Source of the DNA: Felis catus
Taxonomy: Eukaryota
Assembly (NCBI RefSeq): GCF_018350175.1
Contig: NC_058368.1
Span: 137,456,001-137,520,000, forward strand
DNA length: 64,000 bases
Reading direction: 5' to 3'
The notes under the pieces are model-generated. The model ran no database searches, had not been told where the DNA came from, and was given only the letters and a program-made list of their open reading frames with translations. Numbering within the stretch: position 1 is the stretch's first letter; each line of letters begins with the position of its first letter. A program made the translations under genes and the position numbers. This document shows positions 24,345 to 36,704 of this stretch, in pieces.

Positions 24345-25043
24345 AAAATTTTTTTTTTAATGTTTAATTTATTTTTGAGACAGGGAGAGACAGAGCATGA
24401 ATGGGGGAGGGTCAGAGAGAGGGAGACACAGAATCTGAAACAGGCTCCAGGCTCCGAGCTGTCAGCACAGAGCCCGACACAGGGCTCGAACTCATGGACC
24501 GAGATCATGACCTGAGCCGAAGTCGGCCGCCCATCCGACGGAGCCACCCAGGCGCCCCTTCACTTCTGTTTTAAAAACATCTTAGGGGCGCCTGGATGGC
24601 TCCGTTGGTTGGGCGTCCGACTTCGGCTCAGGTCATGATCTCACAGTTCATGGGTTCGAGCCCCATGTCGGGCTCTCTTCTGACAGCTCGGAACCTGGAG
24701 CCTGTTTCAGATTCTGTGTCTCCTCTCTCTCTCTGCCCCTCTCCTGTTCATGCTCTGTCTCTGTCTCAAAAATAAAAAATAAACAGTAAAAAAAAAAAAT
24801 TTTTTTTTTAATATTTCTTGAAAAAAATTTTTTTACATTTATTTATTTTTGAGAAACAAAGTGAGACAAAGCGTGAGTGGGGCAGGGGCAAAGAGAGAAG
24901 GAGACACAGAATCTGAAGCAGACTGCAGGCTCTGAGCAAGCGGTCAGCACAGTGACTGATGCAGGGCTCGAACCCACAAACTGTGAGATCATGACCTGAG
25001 CCGAAGTTGGACGCTCAACCGACTGAGCCACCCAGGTGCCCCT
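24345..25043. mobile_element. Three adjacent Can-SINEs in alternating orientation (24345-24558 minus, 24585-24799 plus, 24820-25043 minus)
   Basis: consensus copies; TSDs ttcacttctgttt and aatatttctt. Confidence 0.95.
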
Positions 25044-26019
25044 TAAATATTTCTTTTAATGAGTATTTTCTGTTAATGAATTCTCAGTTTTTATTAGTCT
25101 GATCATATCTTTATCTTCATTTTAAAAACTTTTTATTATCGACAACTTCAAACACATATAAAACTTTACTCAGAAGTCATGAGCTTAATGTGATGAGCTT
25201 CCATGTTGTAATCACTGAGCATGAATACTTAGCAAAACACAACCAGTCTTGTTTCATCTGTTTTATACCACTGAGTTGTTGTGAAGCAAATCTCAGATTC
25301 AGAAACCTTACGTTACATCCATTAGTATTTCATATGTATCTGTAGAAAAAATCTGTAGAAATATGAAGCAAATCTCAGATTCAGAAACATTACATTTCAT
25401 CCATTAGTATTTAGAAAAAATAAAAAGAGCTTTTTAAAAAATATAACCACAATATGTTATCTAAAATTATATATTAACTTCTTAATATCAGCAAATATCC
25501 AGTCAGTGCTTTGTTTTCCTCAGTTGTCTTATATACACAGTACATGTGGTTGATTTCCTCCAGTTAGGATCCCACGAAGATTTACACATTTTGTTTGGTT
25601 GATAGGATTTTTGAGATTTTTCAAATGCTAATCTGTGGGTCTATCTCTCCCATCACCTTCATAATTTTTAATTTCATTTTAGAAACCAGATTTATTTTTT
25701 TGTTCTATAGAGTGTCCACTATCCTGGAATATGCTAATTGCATATCCATAGTTTTATTCAGTATTTTTCTTTGCTCATTTCCTATAAATTGTCATTTAAA
25801 CCTAGCAGCTTGATCAGACTGAGTTCAGTATTTTGACAAGAATACTTCATAGGTGGAGTTGTGTACTTCACTGGAGTCATATAATTATCTGGTTATATCT
25901 GTTTTATTATGTTAGTAAGTATTGATTGTCACCTAGATCCATGATTTCATTAATGTTTTTTATTTCCAGTCATGTTTTTGCTAGATACTGGATCTAGTTG
26001 GCAGGTTTTTTTTTTGGTA

Positions 26020-27800
26020 AGGTTTTTTTTTTTTTTTCTTAGAGCAGCTTTAGGATTACAACAAAATTGAGAGGAAATATGGAGATTTCCCATTTGTTCC
26101 CTGCCCTAACTTATGCATAAATAGCCTCCCCTGTCATCAACATCATTTACCAGAATGGTATATTTAAAAGATTTTTTTTTAAAAATTATTTATTTTTGAG
26201 AGAGAGAGTGAGCAGGGGAGGAACAGAGAGAGAGAATCCCAAACAGGCTCTGCATTGTCATCACAGAGCTCATTGCAGGGCTTGAACCCATGAACCGTGA
26301 GATCATGACCTGAGCTGAAATGAAGAGTTGAGCGCTTAACTGACTGAGCCACACAGACGCCCCTTAAAAGACTTCTACAATTTTTAATTGAAATATAGTT
26401 GACGTGTGAATTTGTATTACTTTCAGGCATACAATATAGTGAATTGACAATTACATACATTACAAAAAGCTCACCACTGTAAGCGTGGTTACAGTCTATC
26501 ACCATACAGAGTTTTTCCAGTATTGCTGACTCTTGTTTCCTATGCTGTACTTCTCATACCCATAACCTTTTTATTTTATAACTGGAAGTTTGTACCTCTT
26601 ACTCCCCTTCACCTGTTTTCTCCATTTCCCCACCATCCCCTAGAATGGTACATTTTTTACCAAGGATGAACCTGCATTGACACATCATAATCACCCAAAG
26701 TCCATTGTTTTACCTTGGGGTTCACTCTTGGTATTGTACATTATATGGATTGGACACATGATAATGGCATAGATCCATCATTACAGTATTATGTAGAATT
26801 TGTGAATTTATGACTTTGCTAAGAATTCTTTGCATTCTTTTGTATTGTTTTCATAGTTTGGCCTTTTCCAGATGTTATATAGTTGAAATCAGACAGTGTG
26901 TAATAGACTTTTCAGATTGGCTTCTTTCACTTAGGAATATGCATTTAAAGTGCCTCTGTCTTTTCATGGCTTAGTAGCTCATTTCTCTTTAGTACTGCAT
27001 AATATTGTACTGCATAATATTAGTACTGCATAATATTAGTACTGCATAATATTGTTTGGATGTATCATAGTTTATCCATTTACCCACTAAAGGATATCTT
27101 GTTTGCTTCCAAGTTTTGGCAGTAATGAATAAAGCTGCTGTAAGCATCTGTGTGCGGGTTTTGTGTGTAAACTTAAGTTTCCAACTCCTTTGGGTGGATA
27201 CCAAGGAACTCCATTGCTGGATTATATAGTAAGAGTATGTTAAGTTTCATAAGTAACCCTCAAACTGTCTTCCAAAGTGGCTGTATCATTTTGCATTTCT
27301 GTCAGCAATGAATGAGAATTCCTTTGCTCCACATCCTTGCCAGTATTTGGTTTTCTCAGTGGTTCAGACTTCAGTCCTTCTAATAGGTATGTAGTCATAT
27401 CTTGTTTTAATTTATATTTTCCTGATGACATGATCTCTAGCATATTTTCATATGCTTATTTGCCAACTGTATATCTTTTTTTAGGGAGATGTCTGTTAAG
27501 GTCTGTGGCCCATTTTTTAATCATGTTATTCTAAGAGTTCTTTGTGTATTTGAGATAACAGTCCTTTTTCACATGGTGTCTTTTGCCAATAGTTTCTCCC
27601 AGCCTATGACTTCTTTCTCTTGACATTGTCTTTCACAGAGCAAAAGTTTTTAATTTTAATGAAGTCCACCTTATCATTGATTTCTGTCATAGATTTTATC
27701 TTTGTTTATCTAAAAAGACAGTACCTAAGACATCATACCCAAGGTCTTCTTAGGTTTTCTTATGCTTTTCCTAGGAGTTTCAGTTTTGTGTTTCACTGGA
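26020..27800 (-). mobile_element. L1MC-like 3' region containing a nested L1 3' fragment (to about 26641) and a Can-SINE (26175-26363)
   Basis: ttagagcagctttaggattacaacaaaattgag...gacacatcataatcacccaaagtcc; TSD agaatggta(t/c)attt. Confidence 0.8.
26991..27053. repeat. Minisatellite, four copies of AGTACTGCATAATATT (second copy lacks the first A)
   Basis: direct reading. Confidence 0.95.
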
Positions 27801-30800
27801 TTTTAAAAAAAAATTGAAGATCATTCTAGTATCTACTGTTGAGATGTCAGCTATCAGTGATTATTGCTTCTTTAGAGGTAACATTCAGTGGTTGGAAGTG
27901 TTTAGCTGCTTTTAAAATCTTCTAGTCTTTAATTTTCAGCAGTTTTACTATGACTAGGTGTAGATGTAGTTTTACTATGTGATGAGATGTACATATCTTT
28001 TTATTCTCTTAGGGTTTGTTGGGCTACTTGGATCTGTGGTTTGAAACCTTTTGTCAGTTTTGGAAAATTGTCCGTTATTATCTCTGAAAATAATTTCTTC
28101 TGACCCATTTTTCCCCCTTTACACATATGTTAGAGTTTTTTACTTTGTCCTTTGTCCTTCTGTTTTCCATTCTTCTATTTCTCTTCTGTTTTCCATTCTT
28201 TTGTCTCTCTGAGCTTTATACCAAGATAGAGTCTTCTCATCCCTCTTCTGGTTTATTTATACTCATTAGAGTGTATTGAATCTGCTGTTTAACCCCATCC
28301 ATTGAGATACTAATTTTTGATATTACATTTTTCAGATACAGAATTTGTATCTTTTTTCAAATTTGCTATGATTTCCTTTACTTTTTAAAAATGATTTCCG
28401 TTTCTCTATTGAAATTTTTGATTTAATGTACTGTCTCCTTGAACATAATACATAAACTCATAAAGTCCAAGCTTTGTAATCTCAGCATTTGAAACATTGC
28501 TCATTTGTTCCTCCTGGTTTTCGTTCATTTGTCATATTTGCCTGATGGTTTTATGAATGTATGTTAAGACATCCATACAGGATCCAATATCAAGGTTTGA
28601 AAAGGTATGGTTTGCAGTCCCTTTGAGAACTTGCCTACTAAACATTCATCCTTACTCTTTGAGTCTCAAAGGGTATGGGATTTCCCATGCTTAACATCTT
28701 TGGCGAGTCTCAATCTAGTTTTGTCTCCCTTGCTCTGTGAGAGTTTTTCAACTCTGCTCCACTTCTCAGTCTCAGCTGCTGCTTCTAGATGCCCCCCAGG
28801 GAAAAGCTGACCGACATATCTGACTTACTTTTCCGGATAGCCTTCTCTTAAATCTTAGCTTACTCATTGCTCTTTTTTTTTTTTTTTTTTAATGTTTATT
28901 TATTTTAGGGAGAGAGAGAGAAAGTGTGAGCGGGGAGGGGCAGAGAGAGAGGGAGACACAGAATCTGAAGCAGGCTTCAGGCTCTGAGCTGTCAGCACAG
29001 AGCCCGACGCAGGGGGCTCGAACTCGACAAACCATGAGATCATGACCTGAACCAAAGTTGGACGCTTAACTGACTGAGCCACCCAGGGGCCCTATTGGCT
29101 TACTGAGTCTTAACTGCCTCCTTAGCTTCTGTTGCCTTTTAGCCCCCTTTCTCCATATTTTTCTGGCTTTCCTCATCAGGAGGTTTTTTTGTATCAGTTT
29201 ACTATTGCTGGAGATTGAATCACTTTTTTGTGCTGTTGAACTTATCCATTGAGATAGTAATATTTTTTTTTCTGTATTAACTCGTTTTAGATGTGATATA
29301 GTATATTAAAAAGACACACAGAAGTTTAAAGGAGAAAAAAAAAAAGTCACAGTCCCATCAGTGAGAGGCAATTACTAATAATAGTTCCTTTTTGTTAGCT
29401 GGTTTTTGTGAGCAGGGCGCTGGGGAAGAGTTTGAAGATAAGCTTAGTTTGAATATTCTGAGTTTGAGGGAATTAAGGTACCTAAGTAGGGTTATGCTTG
29501 AGACATTTAGATATTAAATTGATGGTTTGATGTAAGAACAGTGTGGAGATCTGGATTTGGACATGAAAAGCAGAAAGTTTCAGGGCACCTGGGCAACTCA
29601 TTCGGTTAAGTGACTGACTTTTAGTTTCAGCTCAGGTCAAGATCTCACAGTTTGTGAGTTCAAGCTGCATGTCAAGCTCTGCACTGATGGGGCAGAACTT
29701 GCTTGAGATTCTCTCCTCTCTCTGTCCCTTCCCTGCTTTCACTCTCTCTCTCAAAGTAAATAAACATTAAAAAAAAAAAAGTTAGTTGAACCTGTCAAAG
29801 TAGATGGAAGGTCTTTGGTGTTTTGTAGATTATTTCACTGTTACAGGTTGCACAGATAGAGAAGGGACAGGGTAATTGTGGGAGAGATAAGACAAAACTT
29901 AACTTTTCTAGTGTTAAGAAGGCCAATACAGTCTCATATTTTGTATTTGAGATTATGTGTTTAAGGGAATAATTGTTTTCTTCCATATTTAATGGTTTGG
30001 TTGATTTTTTTTTAAAGCCTAAAATCCTATATGCTAAATTAGTGGTTATATAAAACACAGTTTTTAAAACAATTTTTTTTAACGTTTATTTATTATTGAG
30101 AGGCAGAGACAGAGTGTGAGAGGGGCAGAGAGAGGGGGAGACACAAAATCTGAAGCTGTCAGCACAGAGCCTGACGTGGGGCTTGAACTCATGAACTGGA
30201 GATAATGACCTGAGCTGAAGTCAGACGCTTAACTGTCTGAGCCACCCAGGTGCCCCATAAAACACAGTTTTTTAGCGTGAAATACTTATTTATTAGTGTT
30301 TTAGAGTTAATCACAAAATAGATTAAGCCTTGATAACTTATGTTTGGCTTGTCCAAATGACAGTCATCAATCTTTTGTTCTATTAAATGTGCATAATAGT
30401 GAAATCACAGTATTAAAGAATAATAAATCTATATTAACTATACTAGAGAAGTATTAAGTGCAAATGACTTTCACACTGAATTAGTTTACAGAGAAATAAA
30501 GAGAGACAGTCAAGAAGCAGTGCTGTTGTACTTGTCGTCCAAATAACCACTGATACGTTAAAATAAAAAGAGTAATGATTTCATTTAATTTTTGGGATAC
30601 AAATTTTTTTAGTTCTATACCAGACCAGTTCTTTAAATATATGTGCTCAAAGGGCATTTAAGGATAGGCCTGAAATTTATGACCACGTATTTGTTTATTT
30701 TTAAGTAAGCTCTGTGCCCAACATGGGGCTTGAACTCACAACCCCAAGATCAGGAATAGAATATTCTACCGACTGAGCCACCCAGGTGCTCCAGTATCTA

Positions 30801-30907
30801 CTTATTTTTAATATATATTTGAGTTTTTTGTTTATACAGTTTTAATTGTATTTTGATAATTTTTCTGTGTTTGAGAGCTCTTATCATACGGAAATTTGAT
30901 TTAACAG

Positions 30908-30982
30908 AGCTACAATAGAAGAAGCATACTCCAGGTCAATGACAAAACTAGCAAAATCCGCAAGCAACTATTCACAGCTTGG
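30908..30982 (+). CDS. FCHO2: FCHO2 coding exon 3 (75 nt)
   Basis: ttaacag|A GCT...CTT GG|gtgagt; (R)ATIEEAYSRSMTKLAKSASNYSQL(G); phase 2-2, in frame with exon 2. Confidence 0.97.
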
Positions 30983-31890
30983 GTGAGTTAATGTCTTTGA
31001 AAAACTCTTTTTCAATGTTGATTTAGGTACAGTTCTTGAGAATGTTAGGTTCTTATTGAAGATTAATTGCTGGTAAATATAATAATATATAATGTACTGA
31101 AAAATGTTTTTATATATGAATATATTCTTGACTTAATAGAAAATAGAATTGAACTAATCAGTTAATGCAGTCTAAGTAAATGAAACCCATTTTCCCCCTT
31201 TATTTAACTACCTAGTCATTTGGTAGTATAATTTTGAGATCATACATGTTATGTATTGTGCATGGTTATTCTAGTTTTCTGTAAGTTCACTTAAATTATG
31301 TTGAATAGCGATCTTTACAAACTCACTTAAACTTGACTGAAATGATTAAAATTTATTAAAAAGGTCTCATGATTTTATAGACTATTAAATATTTCTCTTA
31401 AAAATTTGTGGTGAGAAAATGTGTTCTTTGAAAAATGAATATTAAGAATACATTTTAGGGGTGCATAGGTGGCTCAATCAGTTAAGTCCCGACTATGGCT
31501 CAGGTCATGATCTCACATTTCGTGAGTTCAAGCCCTGTGTCAGGCTCTTTGCTGACAGCTCGCAGCCTGGGTCCTGCTTCAAATTCTGTGTCTCTCTCTC
31601 TTTCTGCCCTTCCCCTGCTTGTGCTCTCTCTCTCTCAAAAATAAATAAATTAAAAAAAAAAATAAAATAAGAATTCATTTTAAATAAGATACGCTACATG
31701 GCTTTAGTAGTTCTGGGAGGAGATATTGTATAATTTATACCGCAAAAACCCTGGGAGGAATATTTAATCTTTTTTAATTATCTAAGAATTGGGGAAAGGC
31801 TATACTTTAAGATAATTTAACAAGTAATTCACCTGTGAATCCCCTGAAATTTTAATAGGTATTAGTTCATATTTTTGATGAAGAGGGTTT

Positions 31891-31946
31891 TTTTTTTCAA
31901 TGTATGATATTTATTGTCAAATTGGTTTCCATACAACACCCAGTGC
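31891..31946 (-). mobile_element. 56-nt ultra-truncated felid L1 3' end
   Basis: same 3' UTR text as 10888-11083; perfect 16-bp TSD ttgatgaagagggttt at 31875-31890 and 31947-31962. Confidence 0.92.
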
Positions 31947-34311
31947 TTGATGAAGAGGGTTTATACCATCTATTAGATTCACAAACGGTTCCCTGAACCA
32001 AAAAACTGGTTAAGAATGAAAATATTCTTTTGTGTGGTTGAATGAGTTTAAATGAAAATCTTGCTAAATTGTGGCCTAGGTAGAGAGTTGTACTCTCAGT
32101 TCATCCTCATCATGGTGACACTGTCCATTATATTAAGTGTTGTTCGTTGCAGCTAAGAGGACCTTCTGTAGCCCTGTACTATGGCTAGGAAGGCTGAGGA
32201 GCTGCTACCTTTTTCACCCAGAGGAGAGTGGGGACTGTTAGTTGATGACCATCTAGTGTTGTTTTTCTTCCAGTTGTCTTCCAATTCTTTCTCCCACCCC
32301 CCACTCCCTTGATACATCACTTTTCTGGCAGCTTCCTTTTTCTAAAGCCTTTATGTTGACATGCTTCTAAAACATTATTTATTTACCATTGTAGAAGGGC
32401 TAGAAAGTAACTGGAATAGCAGAAGCTGGCTTTAAACAGTTGGTTGTGGTTTTATTATAGGAAATTGTACCCTATTTTTAGTTGTCAGGTGGGAGATACA
32501 AAAAACATGAATTAACTTCAACTGTGTTTCTGGATAAGATATTGACAACATTTCTGTCTTTGGAATGTGTGCTTCTCATAAATAATAGATGATATTTTAT
32601 GTGTTAGTGTCATTACTTAAGATCATAAATATTTTAAATATTAATATTTTACTGATGGATATTTAAGCAATTGAATTTTCTCTTTATTTTTTTTGCATTT
32701 AAAAATACTTTGGACTTGCCAGTTTTCTTTCTTACTGCTTATTATATATTAATATATATTACTTGACCAGAAAAAAAGGTTTGTATATCAAACTTTTAAA
32801 ATGTAAAGAAATTTGACATTCCTTAAAGAAACCTGTATTTAAAGAAATCTTATGTTGAACCCCTTTACAGTGTAAAGAATCCTTTGGTAAAGGTACACTC
32901 CCATCTTTCTGCTTTGTCCAGTTCGGACTACCATATATCAGGTTTACATGAAGTGATATATATGTATTTTGGTGCTGTAGTGAGTGGATAATTTTCAGTT
33001 GTCTATTTTTATTCTCAAACTCCTCCTTTTAACTCCTTGCCAGCTGATTAGATTTTAAAGTTTAAGTTGAAATCTAATCGGAACAGCCTTATTCTAAGCA
33101 TGTTAATTTTCCTGTTTGAACTTTTTTATTATTGCTTAAAATGATCATTATGTGTTAGCATTCCTACTGGGTAGGAAATGTAATAATTTGAAATGTAATA
33201 ATTGGTAGGAAATGTACATAATAGGATAAGTAATTTATTTCTTTACCCTCTTGCTGTGTGCTGCTATTTGTTTTCTAGAAGTTTTGTCATAGAGTAGAAC
33301 AGGTGCTGTTGAAAATATCTTAGGAAGTACTTGAGGAAAACATAGGGTAAAATTATCTGTAGATCATTCCTTATTGACTAAATTGGTTTAAGGTAACCAT
33401 TGACATCCTAAATACTGCACTATCCAGGATGCAATAATGTAGTAACTTTTGGACATACTTGAATGTACTGAAAATACTAAATTCTCAGTATTGAGAAAAA
33501 GTGGTAGGAAAGTATGTCTTGCATCACGTATCTTGTACTAGAGAGGGACTGTGTTAGTGTTTTTTAAAGTATGCAGATAAAATTATCTGAAATAAGATTT
33601 CAGGTTAACAGTTCTAAAATATTTTCAGATGATTATTAAGGTGACTAATCTTAAAAAATCCTGTGAATTTGACTTTTGCGTGTTTGAAATCAAAGGAACT
33701 TTTGTTTATTAAAATTTTTTGTATTAATGTTTATTTGTGTGTGTGAGAGAGAAACAGCACGAATGGGGAAGGGGCAGAGAGAGAGGGAGACACAGAATCC
33801 GAAGCAGGCTTCAGGCTCTGAGCTGTCAGCACAGAGCCTGACATGGGGCCCGAATCCATAATAGGTGAGATCATGACCTGAGCTGAAGTCAGACGCTTAA
33901 CCAACTGAGCCCCCTAGGTGTCCCAGAGGAACTTTTATTTTTGATGAGACATTTTAGATGAACACTAAGTAGTCAAAAATTAAAATTTGGAAACAAGTTA
34001 ATTTTATAATAGACAAGTCTAACCAAATCAACTCAGAAAATAGTATGATATGGTTAATAGAGAGCCATGGCCAGACCTCTGATAAATATTTAACTGATTT
34101 CTGTGTACCCGACTGAGGTCCAAACATATTTTAATTAACCACAGATTAAAAAATCAGCATCAGTCTGCCAATCATTTCATTTATGATTTATTTTAATGTC
34201 CTGTTTTGCATAATTAAAATTGCTGAACATAATATTTCTATTGGTTCTGTTTTGGAGCCTTAAACTTTTTTTTTCTTTTATTAAATAATTCCTGTACTTT
34301 CTTTCCCTTAG

Positions 34312-34453
34312 AACATTTGCACCAGTGTGGGATGTGTTCAAAACATCTACAGAAAAATTAGCAAACTGTCACTTGGATCTTGTTAGAAAATTACAAGAAT
34401 TAATAAAGGAAGTTCAGAAGTATGGAGAAGAACAAGTAAAATCTCATAAAAAG
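34312..34453 (+). CDS. FCHO2: FCHO2 coding exon 4 (142 nt)
   Basis: ctttcccttag|A ACA...AAAAAG|gtatca; (G)[47 protein letters not shown]. Confidence 0.97.
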
Positions 34454-34544
34454 GTATCACTTTTTTCCTGCTAAAGGATTGATCGATCAGATATTGAGTG
34501 CTTTACAGTTTGATCATTTTGATGAATCATTTCATACCATACAG

Positions 34545-34697
34545 ACTAAAGAAGAGGTTGCAGGAACTCTGGAAGCTGTTCAAGCCATTCAGAGCATAAC
34601 TCAGGCCCTTCAGAAATCCAAGGAAAATTACAATGCCAAGTGTGTAGAACAAGAACGTTTGAAAAAGGAAGGAGCTACACAAAGAGAAATAGAAAAG
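34545..34697 (+). CDS. FCHO2: FCHO2 coding exon 5 (153 nt)
   Basis: catacag|ACT...GAAAAG|gtaatt; [51 protein letters not shown]; lies within ORF-track 34479..34751. Confidence 0.97.
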
Positions 34698-36049
34698 GTA
34701 ATTGTAATAAAAAATAATATCTCTGTGGTTTCAAAGCACTTTCAAACATAAGACTGCATTTGATCTTCAGACACTTAAGAATGACCTCATATTAAAGATG
34801 AAGACACTGTGACACTGAGTGTTAGTGATTTACCTAAGTGAAACAGAACTGGGTTTGCAGAATATGTTGTGTATAGTAAATAGATTAGCAAATACTTAAA
34901 AAGGAATGATATCTATGTCATTGACATTTGTAAGATATTTTTATAAGATAATTGATAAGATAGTGCTTGGTGTCAGGTTTAACAGTGAGGTAAAATTTTT
35001 TTTGAGGCAAGAGTGGTATATTTAGAAAGGCATAGATACTTGAAGATAAGCTTTAAAATATGTGTTGTGGGTGATTTATTGCTGACTTTGAAGACATTTA
35101 TGAGGTAGTGCGGTAAACCACAACCCTTTCCTCCACTCGCATTTTAATTGAAAGTAGATTTTTCCCCCTTTCAAAACAGTTTAACCATTCACTTGTTTGA
35201 TGTGTTGTATCTCATTTAGGAATGAGCCATAGGGAGTGATAATTTTGAAAGCTTTTTAAAGTATTTGAAATATCCAGTAAAAAAAGAAAACCAAATTGTA
35301 ACTATATTATAGCAATTATAATAATTATAAAAATGTACATACATGGGCAGAAACTAGAAGAGAATATGGAAAAATCAAAACAGTTGATGGAATTTGGCAT
35401 AACTGATTTCCTTTAATGTATGTGTAATAAATAAAAATTGGGAGGGCGATAAGAATAAGTTACTAGTTTAAAAGACCATTCCAGACAACATCAATTACGA
35501 ATAAAATACAAGAAGGGAAAACAAAATAACAGGGTCCAAAAAAGAAGAATAGTATCTCTATGAACCAGAAATGGGACAGATACCCAAAATGGCCTGTAGA
35601 GATTGATTTTGCAGGTTTGTTGCACTTCAAGCTCTTGTGTGCTAAAGGGGACTGTGTGTTCCCCATTTGCAGTAAAGCACAAGGAGCCCACTCACTGGGT
35701 GAAGCTATATAGGTAGGAAAAAAGAAGACTCTTGGGGCTGCTGGCTAGGGCTAAAGCTTTATTGGAAGATGGGAACTTATGGACACAATTTTGAGTGTGA
35801 ATCAAGCTAAGGAACCATTTAATGACTATTTTAGCCATATTCCCAATATTCTTCCAAGGAAGTAAGACTTGATAAGACTAAATTGGGCCCTTGGAGAGCT
35901 GCCATGAGGTAATCTGAAAACTGTTGGTGGGGATGGGTGGGCACAAAGGATAGAACATAACACAGTTCTAGGTGGTAACATATGCATTGTATTCTCTGGA
36001 ACTGTCACACAGCACTTGTGGAGGAAGAGAGAAAAAGAGAAGAGGAAAT

Positions 36050-36700
36050 GAACGAATAACCAAAATTCTAAAGCCCATCTAAGAAATCTGACACTAAGAC
36101 AGCAATAAATTTAACAATTAGAAAAAAGAATTCTCTGCAGATATAATTTAAATTTATAAAACAAAAGAACAAAATGTTATGTGGTTGAGGATGTTCAGTG
36201 AGAAAAGTGAATATAAAATATTAAATAAGATTAAGAAATATAGAGTCATAATGGAATAAGATTTACTAGATAGGAAAACAGCTAATTACAAAACTTGAAA
36301 ACGAATATGGTTATTGAAAAAAAGTACTAGAGAAGACAGATTTTAAACTTGATATAGTCAGAGACTGAATTTGGAAGATGGTACTGAAGGAATTGACCAT
36401 AATACAGAGAAGTAAAGGTTACCAACATTCATCTAATGTGAATTCCAGGAGAAAAATGGAAAGAATGGCGGTCTAGTAATATTTGAAGAGTTAATAGCTC
36501 AGTTTTTCATACCTGAAGAAATTCAGCAGTCCCAGATTAATATAATACTGCATGTTAATTAGAATTAAAAACTTACAAAAAATAAATGTGCCTGTATAAA
36601 TATAAAGAAAAAAAAAAAGAGTCCCCAGATTGAAAGTACATTCTTGGTATTAAGCAGGTTACATAAAGGTCTGTGCAGACCTAGGCACTAGAAAAAAAGC
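36050..36700 (+). mobile_element. Degraded old L1 ORF1-region remnant
   Basis: A-rich; aacattcatctaatgtgaattccaggag...atatttgaagagttaatagc resembles L1 ORF1 region. Confidence 0.55.
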
Positions 36701-36704
36701 TACC

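Larger units (their letters stand above)
28873..33924. mobile_element. Six dispersed Can-SINEs around exon 3 (28873-29092 minus, 29583-29780 plus, 30066-30256 minus, 30690-30792 minus, 31457-31668 plus, 33712-33924 minus)
   Basis: consensus matches; TSDs ataaaacacagttttt, aagaat(a/t)catttta, aggaactttt. Confidence 0.88.

Noticed and set aside
26991..27053. CRISPR-like repeat array
   Set aside because: Tandem units without spacers, in a mammalian intron, with no cas genes.
34479..34751. 90-aa ORF as a stand-alone gene
   Set aside because: It is FCHO2 exon 5 plus read-through into the flanking introns.
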